Source of the DNA: Octopus sinensis
Lineage: Eukaryota
DNA length: 64,000 nucleotides
Assembly (NCBI RefSeq): GCF_006345805.1
Contig: NW_021832541.1
Location: forward strand, 1-64,000
Direction: 5' to 3'
Of the stretch, positions 12,860 to 25,722 are shown in pieces. The translations under genes and the position numbers were made by a program. Within the stretch, counting starts at the first letter, position 1, and every line of letters starts with the position of its first letter. The notes beneath the pieces are model-generated. The model did no database searches. It was given only the letters and a program-made list of their open reading frames with translations, and had not been told where the DNA came from.

Positions 12860-13045
12860 GCGTGTGTGTGTTGTGTGTATAAATGACGGAGTTCCACGCA
12901 GTTTCCATCTACCAAATTCATGCATAAAGCATTGGTCGTAAATAACGTTGTACTGGAAACCACATGGTTGGAAACCACATGGTTGGAAACCACATGGTTG
13001 GAAACCACATGGTTGGAAACCGCATGGTTGCAAACCAGGCTTCCT
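12860..13045 (-). repeat. Degraded SINE A head expanded into a 15-bp minisatellite (ggaaaccacatggtt x5)
   Basis: Units at 12955-13029; flanks match the SINE A sequences accaaccacatggttcc and ttggtagacggaaactg. Confidence 0.75.
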
Positions 13046-13351
13046 ACCCACACAGACAGAGTAAATTTCAGTTCATTGTTGTTGTTTTTTTTTATTCAAG
13101 CTTCCGTTTCCTAGCAACACAGATATTGATTTTCATTTTATTCCATTTTGTTTCATTGGCTTAATTGTTTTCTTCTGTGTGGCTTGTTAATGATGTCGTC
13201 AGGAAGATAAGCACGTTGCTTGGTAACGCAGGTTTGCCAAAGTGATCTCATTTGGAGTGACACATTTTTCAATGTTGCTAACTTCTCAGGACTAACAGCA
13301 AGAAATTTCTAATTTGGCAGCACTTTCACTCGAAGGAACTTCTATGTAACA

Positions 13352-13354
<3 letters not shown>

Positions 13355-13391
<37 letters not shown>

Positions 13392-15505
13392 TTATTTAAA
13401 TGTGTTCATATGTATGAGCGTGTATGTATAAGTATACCTGTGCGTGTACACGTATGAATGAGACTGTGTGTCTGTGCGTGTATGTGTGTATGTCTGTGTA
13501 TATATATGCGTGTGTGTGTGTGTGTGTGTGAGTGTGCATGTGTGTGTGTATCTCTGTTTATGTGTACGTATGAACGTATTTGTGTATGTATCTGTACGTG
13601 GTATATATTTCTGTATCAGTGCGTGTGTGCATGTGTGTGTGTGTCTATATGCATTTCTGTGCATGTGTGCGTTTGTCTGTGTGTGTTTGTATGTACATGT
13701 GCGTGTGACAGTGTACATGTGAAGTCGTGTGTATGCGTGTATCTATATATTTATTTGCATTACGTGCGCCTATCTCAATGTAATTGTATATGTTTGCGTT
13801 CGTGTATGCATGTATGTGTGTGTTTATCTGTGTATATCTGTGTATATGTGTGCATACGAACGTGTGTCGGTGTAAATGTGTGTATACATGTGTGTAAGAG
13901 CATGTATGTCTGTATATGCACGTATATCTATGTATGTGTGTGCATGAACGCGTGTTAGTGTATATGTGTGTATGTGTATGAGCGTGTTTGTGCGTGTGTT
14001 GGTGTACGTACGTGTACGTACGTGTAAGTATGAGTGTTAATATGTTTGTATACGTGTGTGTGTGCGTGTGTATACTTGTGCTTATTGTGTGTGTGTACGT
14101 GCGCACATGTCAGTATGTGTATCCTTCTTTGTGTGCATGCGTATGTGTATGTGCGTGTGTGTATGCGCGATGTGTGTGTTAGTGTGTGTATATGTGCGTG
14201 CATGTGTGTGTGTTTGTGTGGGTGTGGGTGTGTTTCTGTTCTTGCTGCCATTATCTCTGATTTAATCCTTATATCTTTTATCAAATTATGTCAATATTTT
14301 GTTCTGTCATGTTTGTCTTGTGACAAAGAAACCCTTTATTTTATTTTATTTATTATTTTTTTTTTTTTTGCTGTCATTCATTTTGCTGGCCAAATTTATT
14401 GCGATTGTAAATTATTTCTCATTTCCTCAATGTAGGAGAGAGGGCGTGACTGAAGCATAGCCGAATGGTTAAGACGCTAGCTTTGCAATCGCGAGGGCCC
14501 GGCGTTCGATTCCACTGCGCGGCCTCATTAACAAATGTCATTTACCATGACACTGTGTCATCAATCCAAGCGTTGTGAGTGAAATTGGGTAGAAGGAAAA
14601 TGTACAGAACCCTCACGGGTAGATAATACCCGTAATTCAAACCGTATAGCCTTTCCGCAGATGGTGTCATGCTGATACTCCTCCGAGAATTGTTACAAGC
14701 ATGTGTGGAATGGTCGGAGTGGCTCCAGTATGGCCAAATTCCAATGATTGTGCAAAAGACCGGCAAAAGGATATACAAACATCCACAGACGTGTGGGTTT
14801 GAATGTGTGTAGGTTTGTGAATGTGTGTGCGTTTGTGTGTATGTGTAGGTATATGTGTGAGTGTGTGTGAGGGCGAGTGTGTGTGAGGGCGAGTGTATGT
14901 GTGAATATGAGCAAGACTATCCGTTCGTATGTGTGTGTATGTGTGCATGTGTGTATGTGTATTTTCGTACATATGTGAGTTAATGTGTGCGTGTGTGTAT
15001 AAGTATGGATACGTGTGTGTATCAGTGTACGTGTCTGTTAGTGTGTGTGCAAGTATGCACACGTGTTTGTATAAGTGTATGTCGTGTGTGTACGTGTGTG
15101 AATGTCTGTGTGTCTGTGTGTGATTATATATGTGAATGTATGTGTATATATATGTGATTATATATGTGTATGTATGTATGTATGTGAGTTTAATTGTGTA
15201 TGAGATTGTGTAAGTGTGTGCATGTGTATATATGCGAAATTGTGTGTGTGTTTGTATGTGTGTGTACGTGTGTGTATATGGGTGCGTATGTGTTTGTGTG
15301 TGTGTGTATGTGAATGTGAGTGTTGGCTGATTATATATGTGAATGTATGTATTTGTGTATGTATGTATGTGAGTATATTTGTGTATGAGATTGCGCGTGT
15401 GCATGTGTGTATATGCGAAACTGCGTGTGTGTTTGTACGTGTGTGTACGTGTGTGTATGTGTGTGTGTGTGTGTGTTAGTGTGTGTGTGTATGTGTGTAT
15501 GGGAA
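13355..15505. repeat. Degenerate (TG/TA)n low-complexity fields
   Basis: Direct; explains the CV/HT-rich ORFs. Confidence 0.9.
14445..14620 (+). mobile_element. Old tRNA-headed SINE remnant (A-like)
   Basis: tagccgaatggttaag..gttcgattccactgc..gttgtgagtgaaattgggtagaaggaaa. Confidence 0.55.
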
Positions 15506-15867
15506 TGTGAGTGGTGGCTGATTCATTTTGTCGTTAATCAGCTTTCTGCTCGATGGCCATAGTCACCTGACACAACAACAACAACAACAACAACAACAAC
15601 AGCAAAAGCAACAACAACAGCAACACCAACATCAATGACATTTATAGCTTCTTCTAACGAAGGAAAAGATCAATTCCTGCAAAAGAAAAGGTCACATCAT
15701 TTCGAATCGTCTCGAGATGATCGCGTTGGTCTTTGACGATTCTAACTTCTTCTCCAAAGAAATCCAATCCAAAGAACAAAAAGAAGTAAAAGAGAAAGGT
15801 TGATTCTAGCGTGATTTGAAACCAGGATGTTGATATATGTAGCTGCAAACTGCAAGATGTTTATAAC

Positions 15868-16690
15868 GGTTTCAAAATTTGGCACAAGGCCAGCCGTTTC
15901 AGGCGAGGGTCAAATCGATTGCAATGACCGCAGTGCTTTGCTCAATTCGTTGCTTGCTTTATCGATCCCGAAGTGGTGAGAGGCAAAAAGCGACCTCGAC
16001 GGAGAAGATAATTATAATAATGTTCATAATCTGAGATGGAGATTATTGCATAATCTATGCTGTGGCGATTATCGCCATTATGTAAATGAGTAAGTAGCCA
16101 GTACGTAGTTTTGATAAGTAACCTGTCCGATGCTTTGTCTCGGTATGTTTGGAAGCAGGCGGAGGAGGGGGGGAGGAAGGAGGAGGGGATGGGGAGGAAG
16201 GAGGAGGGGTGGGGAGGAGGAGGAGGGAGAGAACGAGGAGAAGACGAAGAAGAAAGAAGAGGAGGAGAGGAGAAAAAGAAGAGAAAGAAGAAGAAGAAGA
16301 AGAAGAAGAAGAAGAGAAAGAAGGAGGCGGAGAAGAGGAAGAGAAAGGGGGGAGGAGGAGAAGGAGGAGGAGGAAGAGAAGAAGAAGAAGAAGAAGAATA
16401 GCACAATTGCACGAAAATGGTCGGCCTGCAAACTTGGAAGAGAAGGTAAGTCAACTACAGTGGTCTCAAATGGTACTTATATTATCAAGCCTCAAAGGGG
16501 GAAAAGCAAAGTCGACCGCGGCGAAATTTGAACCCAGAGCGTAACGACAGGTGATATGCAGTTAAGCATTTTGCCCGGCGTGTTAACGACTCTTCCAGTT
16601 CGCTGCTTTAATCCTGTTTAGAAAATATTGGTTTCAAATTTTGGCACAAGGCCAGCAATTTCGAGGAGGGGTAAGTGTATTACAGTAAGA
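15868..16690 (-). mobile_element. Cluster of degraded SINE C fragments around a purine-rich tract
   Basis: tttcaaaatttggcacaaggccagc 3' ends and gcaaagtcgacc..aatttgaac bodies at 15868-16005, 16440-16610, 16628-16690. Confidence 0.7.
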
Positions 16691-16854
16691 TGTATAAAAC
16701 GTATAGGGCCGTAGGAGATACGGCAAGACGGTTTATTTTTTTCGATGACTTGATAATTCTGCTGTAGACAGTGGCAGCATTACAGAAATTGGATCGAAGA
16801 AGTAAGAAGTTGTTTATAATGTATAATCTACAACACCCTACATGTAATATATAT

Positions 16855-17063
16855 TTCAAATTTTGGTATAAGGCCAGCAACTTCGGGGTGGGGAGATAAG
16901 TCAGTTTTATCAGCCCTAGTTCTCAACTGGTACTTATTTTATCAACCTTGAAAGGATCAAAAGCAAAGTCGACCTCGGAGGAATTTGAACTCAGAACGTA
17001 AATACGGACGAAATGCCGCTAAACATTTAGCCTGGTGTGTTATCGGTTCTCCCAACTCGCCTC
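16855..17063 (-). mobile_element. tRNA-derived SINE family C (Meta-domain-like body)
   Basis: Minus strand gttctgagttcaaattcctccgaggtcgactttgcttttgatcctttcaaggttgataaaataagtaccag. Confidence 0.8.
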
Positions 17064-17269
17064 TTATCCTATTTAAAAAAATACTGAAAATAATAATTAA
17101 ATAGAAGTGGAGTATTCGAAACCTGAAACGAACCGGCATCTAATCCAGGGAAGTGAATATATGTACGCCACAGGATCAGGGAAACCAGCCTTATGAGCAT
17201 ATAACTCGGGAAGGGATCTTTTGGGAAAGGGGTCCCGGGCAGGACGACTCTCCCTGGAGTATACAATAC

Positions 17270-17605
17270 GTTATTTAATAAACAAAAGATAAGGATGTGT
17301 TTATCAATATTACATAATGTTTTTTACAGAACCGCTCAATATAAAAATGGGGATATTTACGTTTTAGTGAGAAGTATCACATCCTAAACAGCTCCACAAC
17401 AAAGAAAGACGGAGATAATGCTGAGTTGCCGACACAGCACATTGTGAATTACTATGTAATCTTTTTGACAGAGCCAACCCTTGTGAAGAAAATCACAACG
17501 ATGGAATTTAGGTTTAAATGAGAAATATCGCATCATAAACTACTCCACAGCAACGAAAGACAGAGATAATGTCGACCTGCCGACATAGTACATTGTTTAT
17601 TGTTG
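17270..17605 (+). mobile_element. Two tandem Penelope-like GIY-YIG C-terminal fragments
   Basis: Conceptual translation FSEKYHILNS..RKTEIMLSCRH and FDRANP..NLGLNEKYRIINY..RKTEIMSTCRH, resembling PLE C..CL.EK..I...KR.E.M..CRH. Confidence 0.65.
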
Positions 17606-18029
17606 GAGTACTTGTGATGGTTTCGGAATGGCAGCTCCACACGATGTTGCAGCTTGTCTTGTTTTTATTGTTGTTGTTGTTTAATACAAGGCAAGCTCTG
17701 ATTTCATCAGTTCTTCGATCAAAGGCATTCAATCCTTGACCATCTTTTACAATTTCCTTTTTCTTTCCTTTTTTTGTTAGGCATTATCTACCTCGTGGTA
17801 CATTATCCAGTGCGCACTTTTTAAGACAAAAAAGAGGTCGTTTGATATACATTTCATTGCTATTTCTTGCAAGTTCAGTAACCATGAAGTGAGTCAGTTG
17901 TTGTTATTGTTACTGGCTTTTGTTGTTGTTGTTGTTGTTGTTGTTGTTGCTTATTCAAATCGTCAGCCATGTTTCACTTGTTTCCTTTCAGCAGCATGGC
18001 CGATACAATAGAAAACTACCAACTCGTTC

Positions 18030-18340
18030 TTGGCCAATCATATCAGAGACAGAAGAATCACAACAATAACAAAGGAAGATAAAAGAGGAGCCTAACCGAA
18101 CGATAGTTGTCACGTGACTAGAATTCCGTTTCATTTCGAATCATAAGGAAAAAGGAAAATGTATGTGCGCATGCGTGTATATGTATATGTATATGTATAT
18201 GTATGTGCATGTATGTATTTGTACAGATATATCTCTATAAATTTGTGTGTGTGTGTATATAAGTATGTATATGTATCTATGCGTAGATATGCATGTGTGT
18301 ATTTATATATACATAAGTATGTTAATGTGGGGCGGGTGGA
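18030..18340 (+). promoter_or_regulatory. Candidate promoter-like motif cluster (CCAAT, palindromic E-box, NRF1-like, GC-box)
   Basis: ggccaatca 18032-18040; gtcacgtgac 18109-18118; tgcgcatgcg 18166-18175; ggggcgggt about 18328. Confidence 0.3.
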
Positions 18341-18443
18341 GGCGAGCTGTCAGTTATGGTATGGTCTCAGTGGATAACAACCTCACTTAGGCGAATTGAA
18401 ACGCTCTGTTCTGTCCATGCGCATCTATACGCCAAACACACAC

Positions 18444-18574
<131 letters not shown>

Positions 18575-19506
18575 ATATATATACGTATATATATATAAGC
18601 AAGATAACGACTTCTGAAACAAAATGGCGAATTTGCGAAACAGCAAATTTGGGTAGATTATCGATCATTCTCTCTTTTACAACATTCATTCGTCCGTTTG
18701 TTCCATCTTATTTTTACTTCTTTTTTCTTTCTTTTTCTTTCTTTCATGATAATAGAAACATTATAATCTTGTCTCTTGCTTTTTCTTTTGGTTTTTCTCT
18801 CTCTTTTGTTTTTCTTGTTTTTGTTTTTTTTTTGTATTTTCGTGTTTATTTCGTTTTGTTTTGGTTTTTGGTTTTTTTGTTTTTGGTTTTTTATTCTTCT
18901 TTGGTCTTTTTTAGTTTAGTTTTTTTTTTTTTCTTTTCTGTTTATATTCGCCGAACGTTATAATGTCTGCCCAAGAAAGTAAGCTAAAAAAAAAAAAAAA
19001 AAACTGAAGAAGTAATGTATATGAATTTATGTATATAGGAATTGAACGTATGTCTCTTAGACAGAATGGCGACATTTGTTTTTGCCAGGAGAAAATGTAA
19101 AATAACAACAACAACAACAACAACAACAAGAAACAGAACAACGTCAAAAAAAAAAACAGAAAGAAGAAACAATATTTATTTCAAAAGAAAATTTTCTTTC
19201 GGTTAATTTCAATGCGTTTCTTGTAATTGCTCTTTGCAGTTTCTGTTGTTGTTGTTGTTGTTTTTATTTTCGTTCGTTTCTTTGTTGTATTCTATTCTAT
19301 TCTATTCTCTAAAATATTGTCGCCCATCTTTCTTACTTTATTTTATCATATATATATATATATATATAATATATATATATATATGTGGTGTGTGTGTGTG
19401 TGTGTGTATATATATGTATACATACATATATATAATATATATAATAATATATACATACACACACCCACACACACACACACATATATATATATACATACAC
19501 ACACAC

Positions 19507-19540
<34 letters not shown>

Positions 19541-19633
19541 ACGTGTGAGTGTGTGTATATATATTTATATATATATATTTGTAGATATATGTATATTGTA
19601 TATATGTAACTATATATACACATCTATCGCATA

Positions 19634-19667
<34 letters not shown>

Positions 19668-20119
19668 ATATATATATATATTATATATATATATATAATA
19701 TGTATACTATATAGCGTCTTATATAATATTCTTTTATATAAATATATTCGTACATATATGTGTGGTGTGTGTAGTATATTGTCAAAGAGAGAGAGATAGG
19801 TGGAAAGAGATTCTTCGTTTCACCTGATGGCAGTTATAAAGCGGTCTATTAAATGATGAGCAGGAAGCGGTAGAGCATCTTACGGCTACACTGCTTGTGA
19901 TTGAACCTCAATGTGTTTTCTTTGATTTGTCTTTGTGCGGGGGCGGGCATGGTGGGATCGGTGTGAAGGTTGTAATATCTTGCGACATTTGTTGCAGTGA
20001 GGCGAGATGGTGTGCTCCCGGCAAGTCGACATCCTCATCCGGTTACACTTTACTACATCCAGTCAGAAAGAGAGAAAGTGGAACCTTCTCAAATTGCAAT
20101 ATCATTTCTGATTCAATTA

Positions 20120-20150
20120 AGTACTACCACTTCTATCTATCTATCCACTT

Positions 20151-20210
<60 letters not shown>

Positions 20211-20404
20211 ACTCTGTTTATGTATCTATCTATCTCTGTATCCATCCATCTATCTATCTGTTTCTGTCAGTCTATCTATCTCTCTGCCTATCTCTCTATC
20301 TATGTATCCATCTATCTATCTATGTATCTATCTCTCTGTCTATTAATCTATCTGTCTGTCTGCCTGTCTATCTATCTGTGTATCTATCTGTCTATCTATA
20401 CATG

Positions 20405-20447
<43 letters not shown>

Positions 20448-20487
20448 GTATGTCTATCTATCTATCTGTCTCTCTGTCCATCTGCCA

Positions 20488-20518
<31 letters not shown>

Positions 20519-20771
20519 ATCATCTATCATCATCATCAATCTATCTGTCTGCCTATCTGTCGAACTATCTATCTATCTGTTTTTTTTGTTTTTTGTTCTT
20601 TTCTTCCCTTTTACGATCCCTCTTGATCGAAAACCTACGCCACCCCTTTTTTTCTTTCTTTTTTTTTCTTCTTTTTCTTTTGTTTTTTGCTTTTTTTTCA
20701 TCCCCCAAAAGAAAAGCTCTACCTTGTAACTTGTCCCATCTGTGTGCAGCCCTGTGTGGCCAATAAAAAAC

Positions 20772-20813
<42 letters not shown>

Positions 20814-20914
20814 GTCTGTCTATCTATCTATTATCTATCTATCTCTCTATCTATCTATCTATCTATCTATCTATATCTATCTATCTATCTATCTATTTAT
20901 CTGTCATCTATCTA

Positions 20915-20946
<32 letters not shown>

Positions 20947-21011
20947 ATCTACCTATCTATCTATCTATCATCATCTATCTGCCTATCTGTCTATCTGTCT
21001 CTCTGCCTATC

Positions 21012-21069
<58 letters not shown>

Positions 21070-21130
21070 CCTATCAGTCAATCTATCTTTCTATCTATCT
21101 ATCTATCTATCTATCTATCAGCCTATCTGT
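20120..21130. repeat. (TATC)n/(TC)n compound microsatellite field
   Basis: Direct. Confidence 0.95.
20580..20772 (+). mobile_element. Third, short 3'-end copy of the Tx1-like element
   Basis: cgatccctcttgatcgaaaac..aaagctctaccttgtaacttgtcccatctgtgtgcagccctgtgtggccaataaa, with (TATC)n on both sides. Confidence 0.85.
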
Positions 21131-21312
21131 CCGAACACATTAATCATATGCTACAAATCATGCGTCAGCGCTGTGGCAATGACTTTGCAGTCAAAACTCT
21201 TAGCCACGTGATTGCCAGCTCCATCTCATTAGAGACGCCATTAACACACATTCCTATTTAACTCCACAACATTCTGCCAATCATCACCTCCGCTACTACA
21301 GCAAATCAGATT

Positions 21313-21371
<59 letters not shown>

Positions 21372-21640
21372 TATTATTATTGTTATTATTTGCATCAGAC
21401 TCTGGACACTTGGGTGTCTGCATCTTTATCATACATATATGACATACATTTATCCAGCTAGCTTGCTAGATAGCTAAACCCCGCCACACACACATATTTC
21501 TGGGTGTATATATATTTTATATTATTGCGTTTATTAGTTTATATAACTACACAAATCACACAAGCGTGTATGTGTATGTGTGTGTGTGTGTGTGTGGTTA
21601 GATAGCTAGATGACAGACAGAAGAGTGGACAGATAGGTGG

Positions 21641-21706
<66 letters not shown>

Positions 21707-21709
21707 ATT

Positions 21710-21745
<36 letters not shown>

Positions 21746-21774
21746 TAGATAGATAGGTATAGCTATAGACAGGC

Positions 21775-21827
<53 letters not shown>

Positions 21828-21828
21828 C

Positions 21829-21913
<85 letters not shown>

Positions 21914-22564
21914 TCAGGTCATCCCATAAGTTCTGTCCGAATATTGAATAAAGAAAACGGGTGATCAAATGTTATATTTAATTGAAATTTAATCATCGAT
22001 GTACTTTCCCTGATTATCTATGACTTCCTTCCATCTATTTACAAGCTTTTTAATCCCATCAATGTAAAACTCTCTTGGTTTCAAAGCGAAGAACTCTGAA
22101 ATGTTAGTTTTGACCTCCTTCTTGGCTTGCGAAAGTTATGTCCCCCAAATAGTTCTGTAAACTACGAAACAAATGGTAGTCTAAAGGAGCAAGGTCGGGA
22201 GAATAAGGTGAATGAGGAATTTTTTCCCAACAAAGGTCTTCGATCTTTGATGTGATCTTTGCAGTGTGAGGTTGCGCATTGTCCTGATGAAACATCACTC
22301 CTTTTCGATTCACTAAAGCGGGTCTTTTTTTCTTCAAAGCTTCGTACAAACGCTCTAATTGCTGACAGTAAACTTGAACAATGATTGTTGCATTAGGTGG
22401 TGACAATTCAAAGTGAATTACTCCTTTGCAATCCCACCAGATAGAGAGAAGAACCTTTTTGCTATTAAATTCCCTTCTCAGTTGTAGTTGAGCTTTTTCC
22501 CTTTTACCAAGCCACTGTTTACGACGTTTAACATTTCGATAGAAGATCCATTTTTCGTCACCAG
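21914..22564 (-). mobile_element. mariner transposon, 3' half (DD34D transposase remnant plus right TIR)
   Basis: GDEKW..WWD..HQDNAQPH..PYSPDLAPLDYHLFRSLQ; TIR tcaggtcatcccataagttctgtccga next to TA. Confidence 0.88.
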
Positions 22565-22650
22565 AATTTGAACTCAGAACGTAACGGCAGACGAAATACG
22601 GCTACGCATTTCGCCTGGCGTGCTAACGTTTCTGCCAGCTCGTCGCCTTT
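22565..22650 (-). mobile_element. SINE C 5' fragment
   Basis: Minus strand ggcgacgagctggcagaaacgttagcacgcc..gagttcaaatt. Confidence 0.75.
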
Positions 22651-22684
22651 AGCACGATTATCTCCCTTCAAATAGATTGGATTT

Positions 22685-23420
22685 AGTTAATGAACGAGCA
22701 CTAGACTCTGTCAATTTCAAAATTAGAAACGATAAGTCAATAGAATTTTTGTGCAGCGGTAATCAACTTGATTTATATTGTAGAAGATAAAGCACAGATC
22801 GGACTTACACAATTAAACATAGTAGAATACTATCCATCTGTATTCAGAACTCTTCACCTGAAAGCCTCGGAATTTTGGAGAGCATACATTACTCTCAGTG
22901 ATAGTGATACCGGTATTATTATGAACATCAGGAAATCGCTTCCATTTTACAACGGCTCCCACAGGGTCAAAAGGAGGATGCCTGTATTTGAATTACTCGT
23001 AGAGTTATAAGTATACACGCTACATCTTATTTCCAGCCATCATCAAAAGTGATTAGTAGGACGGATAAGCAGGGATCAGCTAACACATTGTCTAAAATTT
23101 TAACCGTAGCGCCCTCTTCCTTACAATACTTTTCAACTAAAGAGCGAAAAAATATTGTATAAGGAGCACCCCTCGCAATATAGCAAGAACAGAAAAAAAA
23201 ACTATTACATGGTTCAATCCACCGTATAATATGGATGTAAATATCAACGTATCCAGACTTTTCCTGACATCATTATATAAACATTTTGGAATCACACATA
23301 AAGTTTGCTCTATTTTTAACCGAAACATTACCAAAATCATTTATTACTGCCTGGACATCATAGCTTCATAGATTACTCAACACAACTGAAATCTCCAATA
23401 AATCCTTAACTTTCCATTCC
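22685..23420 (+). mobile_element. Penelope-like element RT/thumb remnant, degraded
   Basis: NIVEYYPSV..AYITLSDSDTGIIMNIRKSL, then TWFNPPYNMDVNINVSRLFLTSLYKHFGITHKVCSIFNRN (PLE IWFNPPY..N.K..F..LI.KHF..HKIFNRN motif). Confidence 0.8.
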
Positions 23421-23619
23421 TCATACAAACAATAATGTATTCTCAGACCCACACATATCTGTCCACAAAAAGCACTTACATCACCCTACAAGACCACAAG
23501 GAAACCTTCCAATCCAGCACAAATGTAGATGGTCATGTAGGGTGATGTAGATTTGCCTGATGACCAGGCCACATTAACAATGTTTGAACTTCACAAAATT
23601 TTATAGAATTATTTAAGAT

Positions 23620-24010
23620 GAGGCGGTGAGCTGGCAGAATCGTTAGTCAGCACGCTGGGCAAAATGCTTTGCGGTATTTCGTCTGTCTTTACGTTCTGAG
23701 TTCAAAATCCGCCGAGGTCGACTTTGCCTTTCATCCTTTCGGAGTCGATTAAATAAGTACCAGTTACGCACTGGGGTCAATATAATCGACTTAATCCGTT
23801 TTTCTGTCCTTGTTTGTCCCCTCTACCCTTGTGGGTAGTAAAGAAATAGGTATTTCGTTCACCTTTACGTTCTGAGATCAAATTCCGTCGAGGAGCTTTC
23901 AGGGTCAATAAAATAAGTACCAGTTGAGCACTGAGGTCAATGTAATCGATGTAAACGATTCTCCACCTCTACCCCTTAAAATTGCTGGCCTTGAACTAAA
24001 ACCTGAAATT
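23620..24010 (+). mobile_element. SINE C dimer (head plus repeated body)
   Basis: Junction aaagaaataggt|atttcg at about 23850. Confidence 0.8.
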
Positions 24011-24020
24011 ATTATCAATA

Positions 24021-24323
24021 TCTATAAAGTTGAAATGCGAAAAAGGTTGTTTGATTTCTTGGTTATTTGTCTAATTTTCGGATGGGAAAGGTTTAAGGGG
24101 CGGTAAATGGGGTCGGTGTGGCGCCAAAATTTACACTGGGGGTAAAATGGGGTGGGCAATGGTGTGAGAAGGGTTGCAAGTCGCTCGGGGCTACCGTTTG
24201 GTTGCCAGGGTGAGGAATGTGGGAAAGGCAAAGAAGACTAACAAAAGAAAGGGAAAAGGGGACAACACGCACAAAACAACACCATCACCAAAACCCGAGG
24301 GAAGCACGGGTCAAAATAGCTAG
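24021..24323 (+). mobile_element. Non-autonomous Helitron-like element (~300 bp)
   Basis: Begins A|TC (24020/24021), ends CTAG|T (24320-24324), with GC hairpin acccg-N9-cgggt (24293-24311) 8 nt before CTAG. Confidence 0.65.
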
Positions 24324-24560
24324 TCTATGTTACAAATTCAAGTATATATGTAGTTGCATGTACAAGTAGTTGCATAATGTTAGCTGATGGCTACGGTGAC
24401 ATCAGACGAAGCTATGAGATCGTGCGATTGGCTCTTAATACATATCAGCTTATCTTCACTTTTCAACAATGACAACACGAAGCTCTGAAGCTTCGTACTT
24501 GAACTCAATTAAAACAACGAGTGCGAGGAGGCAACAGCAATTCTATTAAACATCTTCCTC

Positions 24561-24948
24561 GACCATTATTCTCTAGAAAAACGCCGTCGCCGTGGTGATC
24601 TCATTCTCGCTCACAACATCATAAGCGGAAAGCATAACCTCTCGAAAGAGCTGTTCTTCACTCCTGCTCCAGAGCGTCGGCTGTGGGGTCAGTCCGAAAA
24701 GCTCTATCTGCGACGATTTCATCTCAATCGAAGGAGAGGGACTTTCTCCGTCCAGGTTGCGGATCCGTGGAATAAGCTGCCGGACGAGATAGTGAAGATG
24801 CCGACGACCGCTCGGTTCAAAGTCTCTCTTGACCACAAGTGGCCTGAACTCTTTGCATGAACACCACCCTGTACATAACTCCATGTCCCCCTACATGGCC
24901 TTGCTTTTTGCTTTTTGAGCCAAAAAATTAACTAACTAACTAACTAAC
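24561..24948 (+). mobile_element. CR1-clade LINE 3' end with (TAAC)n tail
   Basis: YSLEKRRRRGDLILAHNIISG..RRFHLNRRRGTFSVQVADPWNKLPDEIV..FKVSLDHKWPELFA*; stop at 24858-24860. Confidence 0.88.
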
Positions 24949-25007
24949 ATAAACGCCCCAGCAATGGCGGTGCCCCAGCATGGCCACAGCTCATGAGCTG
25001 AAACTAG

Positions 25008-25038
<31 letters not shown>

Positions 25039-25110
25039 TATCACACACAAACACATATACTCAAACTAACAGGCACACAAACACATGCATTCCCATATAT
25101 ACACACATAT

Positions 25111-25443
25111 AGGCGCAGGAGTGGCTGTGTGGTAAGTAGCTTGTTTACCGACCACATGGTTCCGGGTTCAGTTCCACTGCGTGGCATCTTGGGCAAGTGT
25201 CTTCTACTATAGCCTCGGGCCGACCAAAGCCTTGTGAGTGGATTTGGTAGACGGAAACTTAAAGAAGCCTGTCGTATATATATATATATATAATTATAAT
25301 GAAGGGTTAATTGCAACAAGTTGCTCAAACCCTTAATTATAATTATTATAACCCTTACCAAATATGGTCTTTTCCATACCGATAAATCTACTAGGTGAAA
25401 TTGATTAATTTTATTAAATTAATTATATTCCACCCTTTATTGC

Positions 25444-25495
<52 letters not shown>

Positions 25496-25722
25496 TATGT
25501 GTTTGTGTGTCTGTGTTTGTCCCCCTAGCATTGCTTGACAAACCGATGCTGGTGTGTTTATGTCCCCGTCACTTAGCGGTTCGGCAAAAGAGACCGATAG
25601 AATAAGTACTGGGCTTACAAAAAGAATAAGTCCCCGGGGGGGGGGGGGGTCGAGTTGCTCGATTTTAAAAAAGCGGTGCTCCAGCATGGCCGCAGTCAAA
25701 TGACTGAAACAAGTAAAAAGAG
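25111..25722 (+). mobile_element. SINE A interrupted in its internal (TA)n by a hairpin-containing insert (25291-25445)
   Basis: 5' half 25111-25275 and 3' half 25490-25722 are collinear with 2815-3274. Confidence 0.85.

Noticed and set aside
12955-13029. Short direct repeats as a possible CRISPR array (also 7964-8082)
   Set aside because: No spacers, units are contiguous, context is eukaryotic, and both derive from mobile-element sequence.
14455-14520. Possible tRNA gene
   Set aside because: A/B boxes are present but the anticodon and acceptor stems do not pair, and it continues into SINE body; the same applies to all SINE heads.
23498-23570. Type II hammerhead using GAAAC (about 23501) and CUGAUGA (about 23557)
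   Set aside because: Stems I and II cannot be formed.
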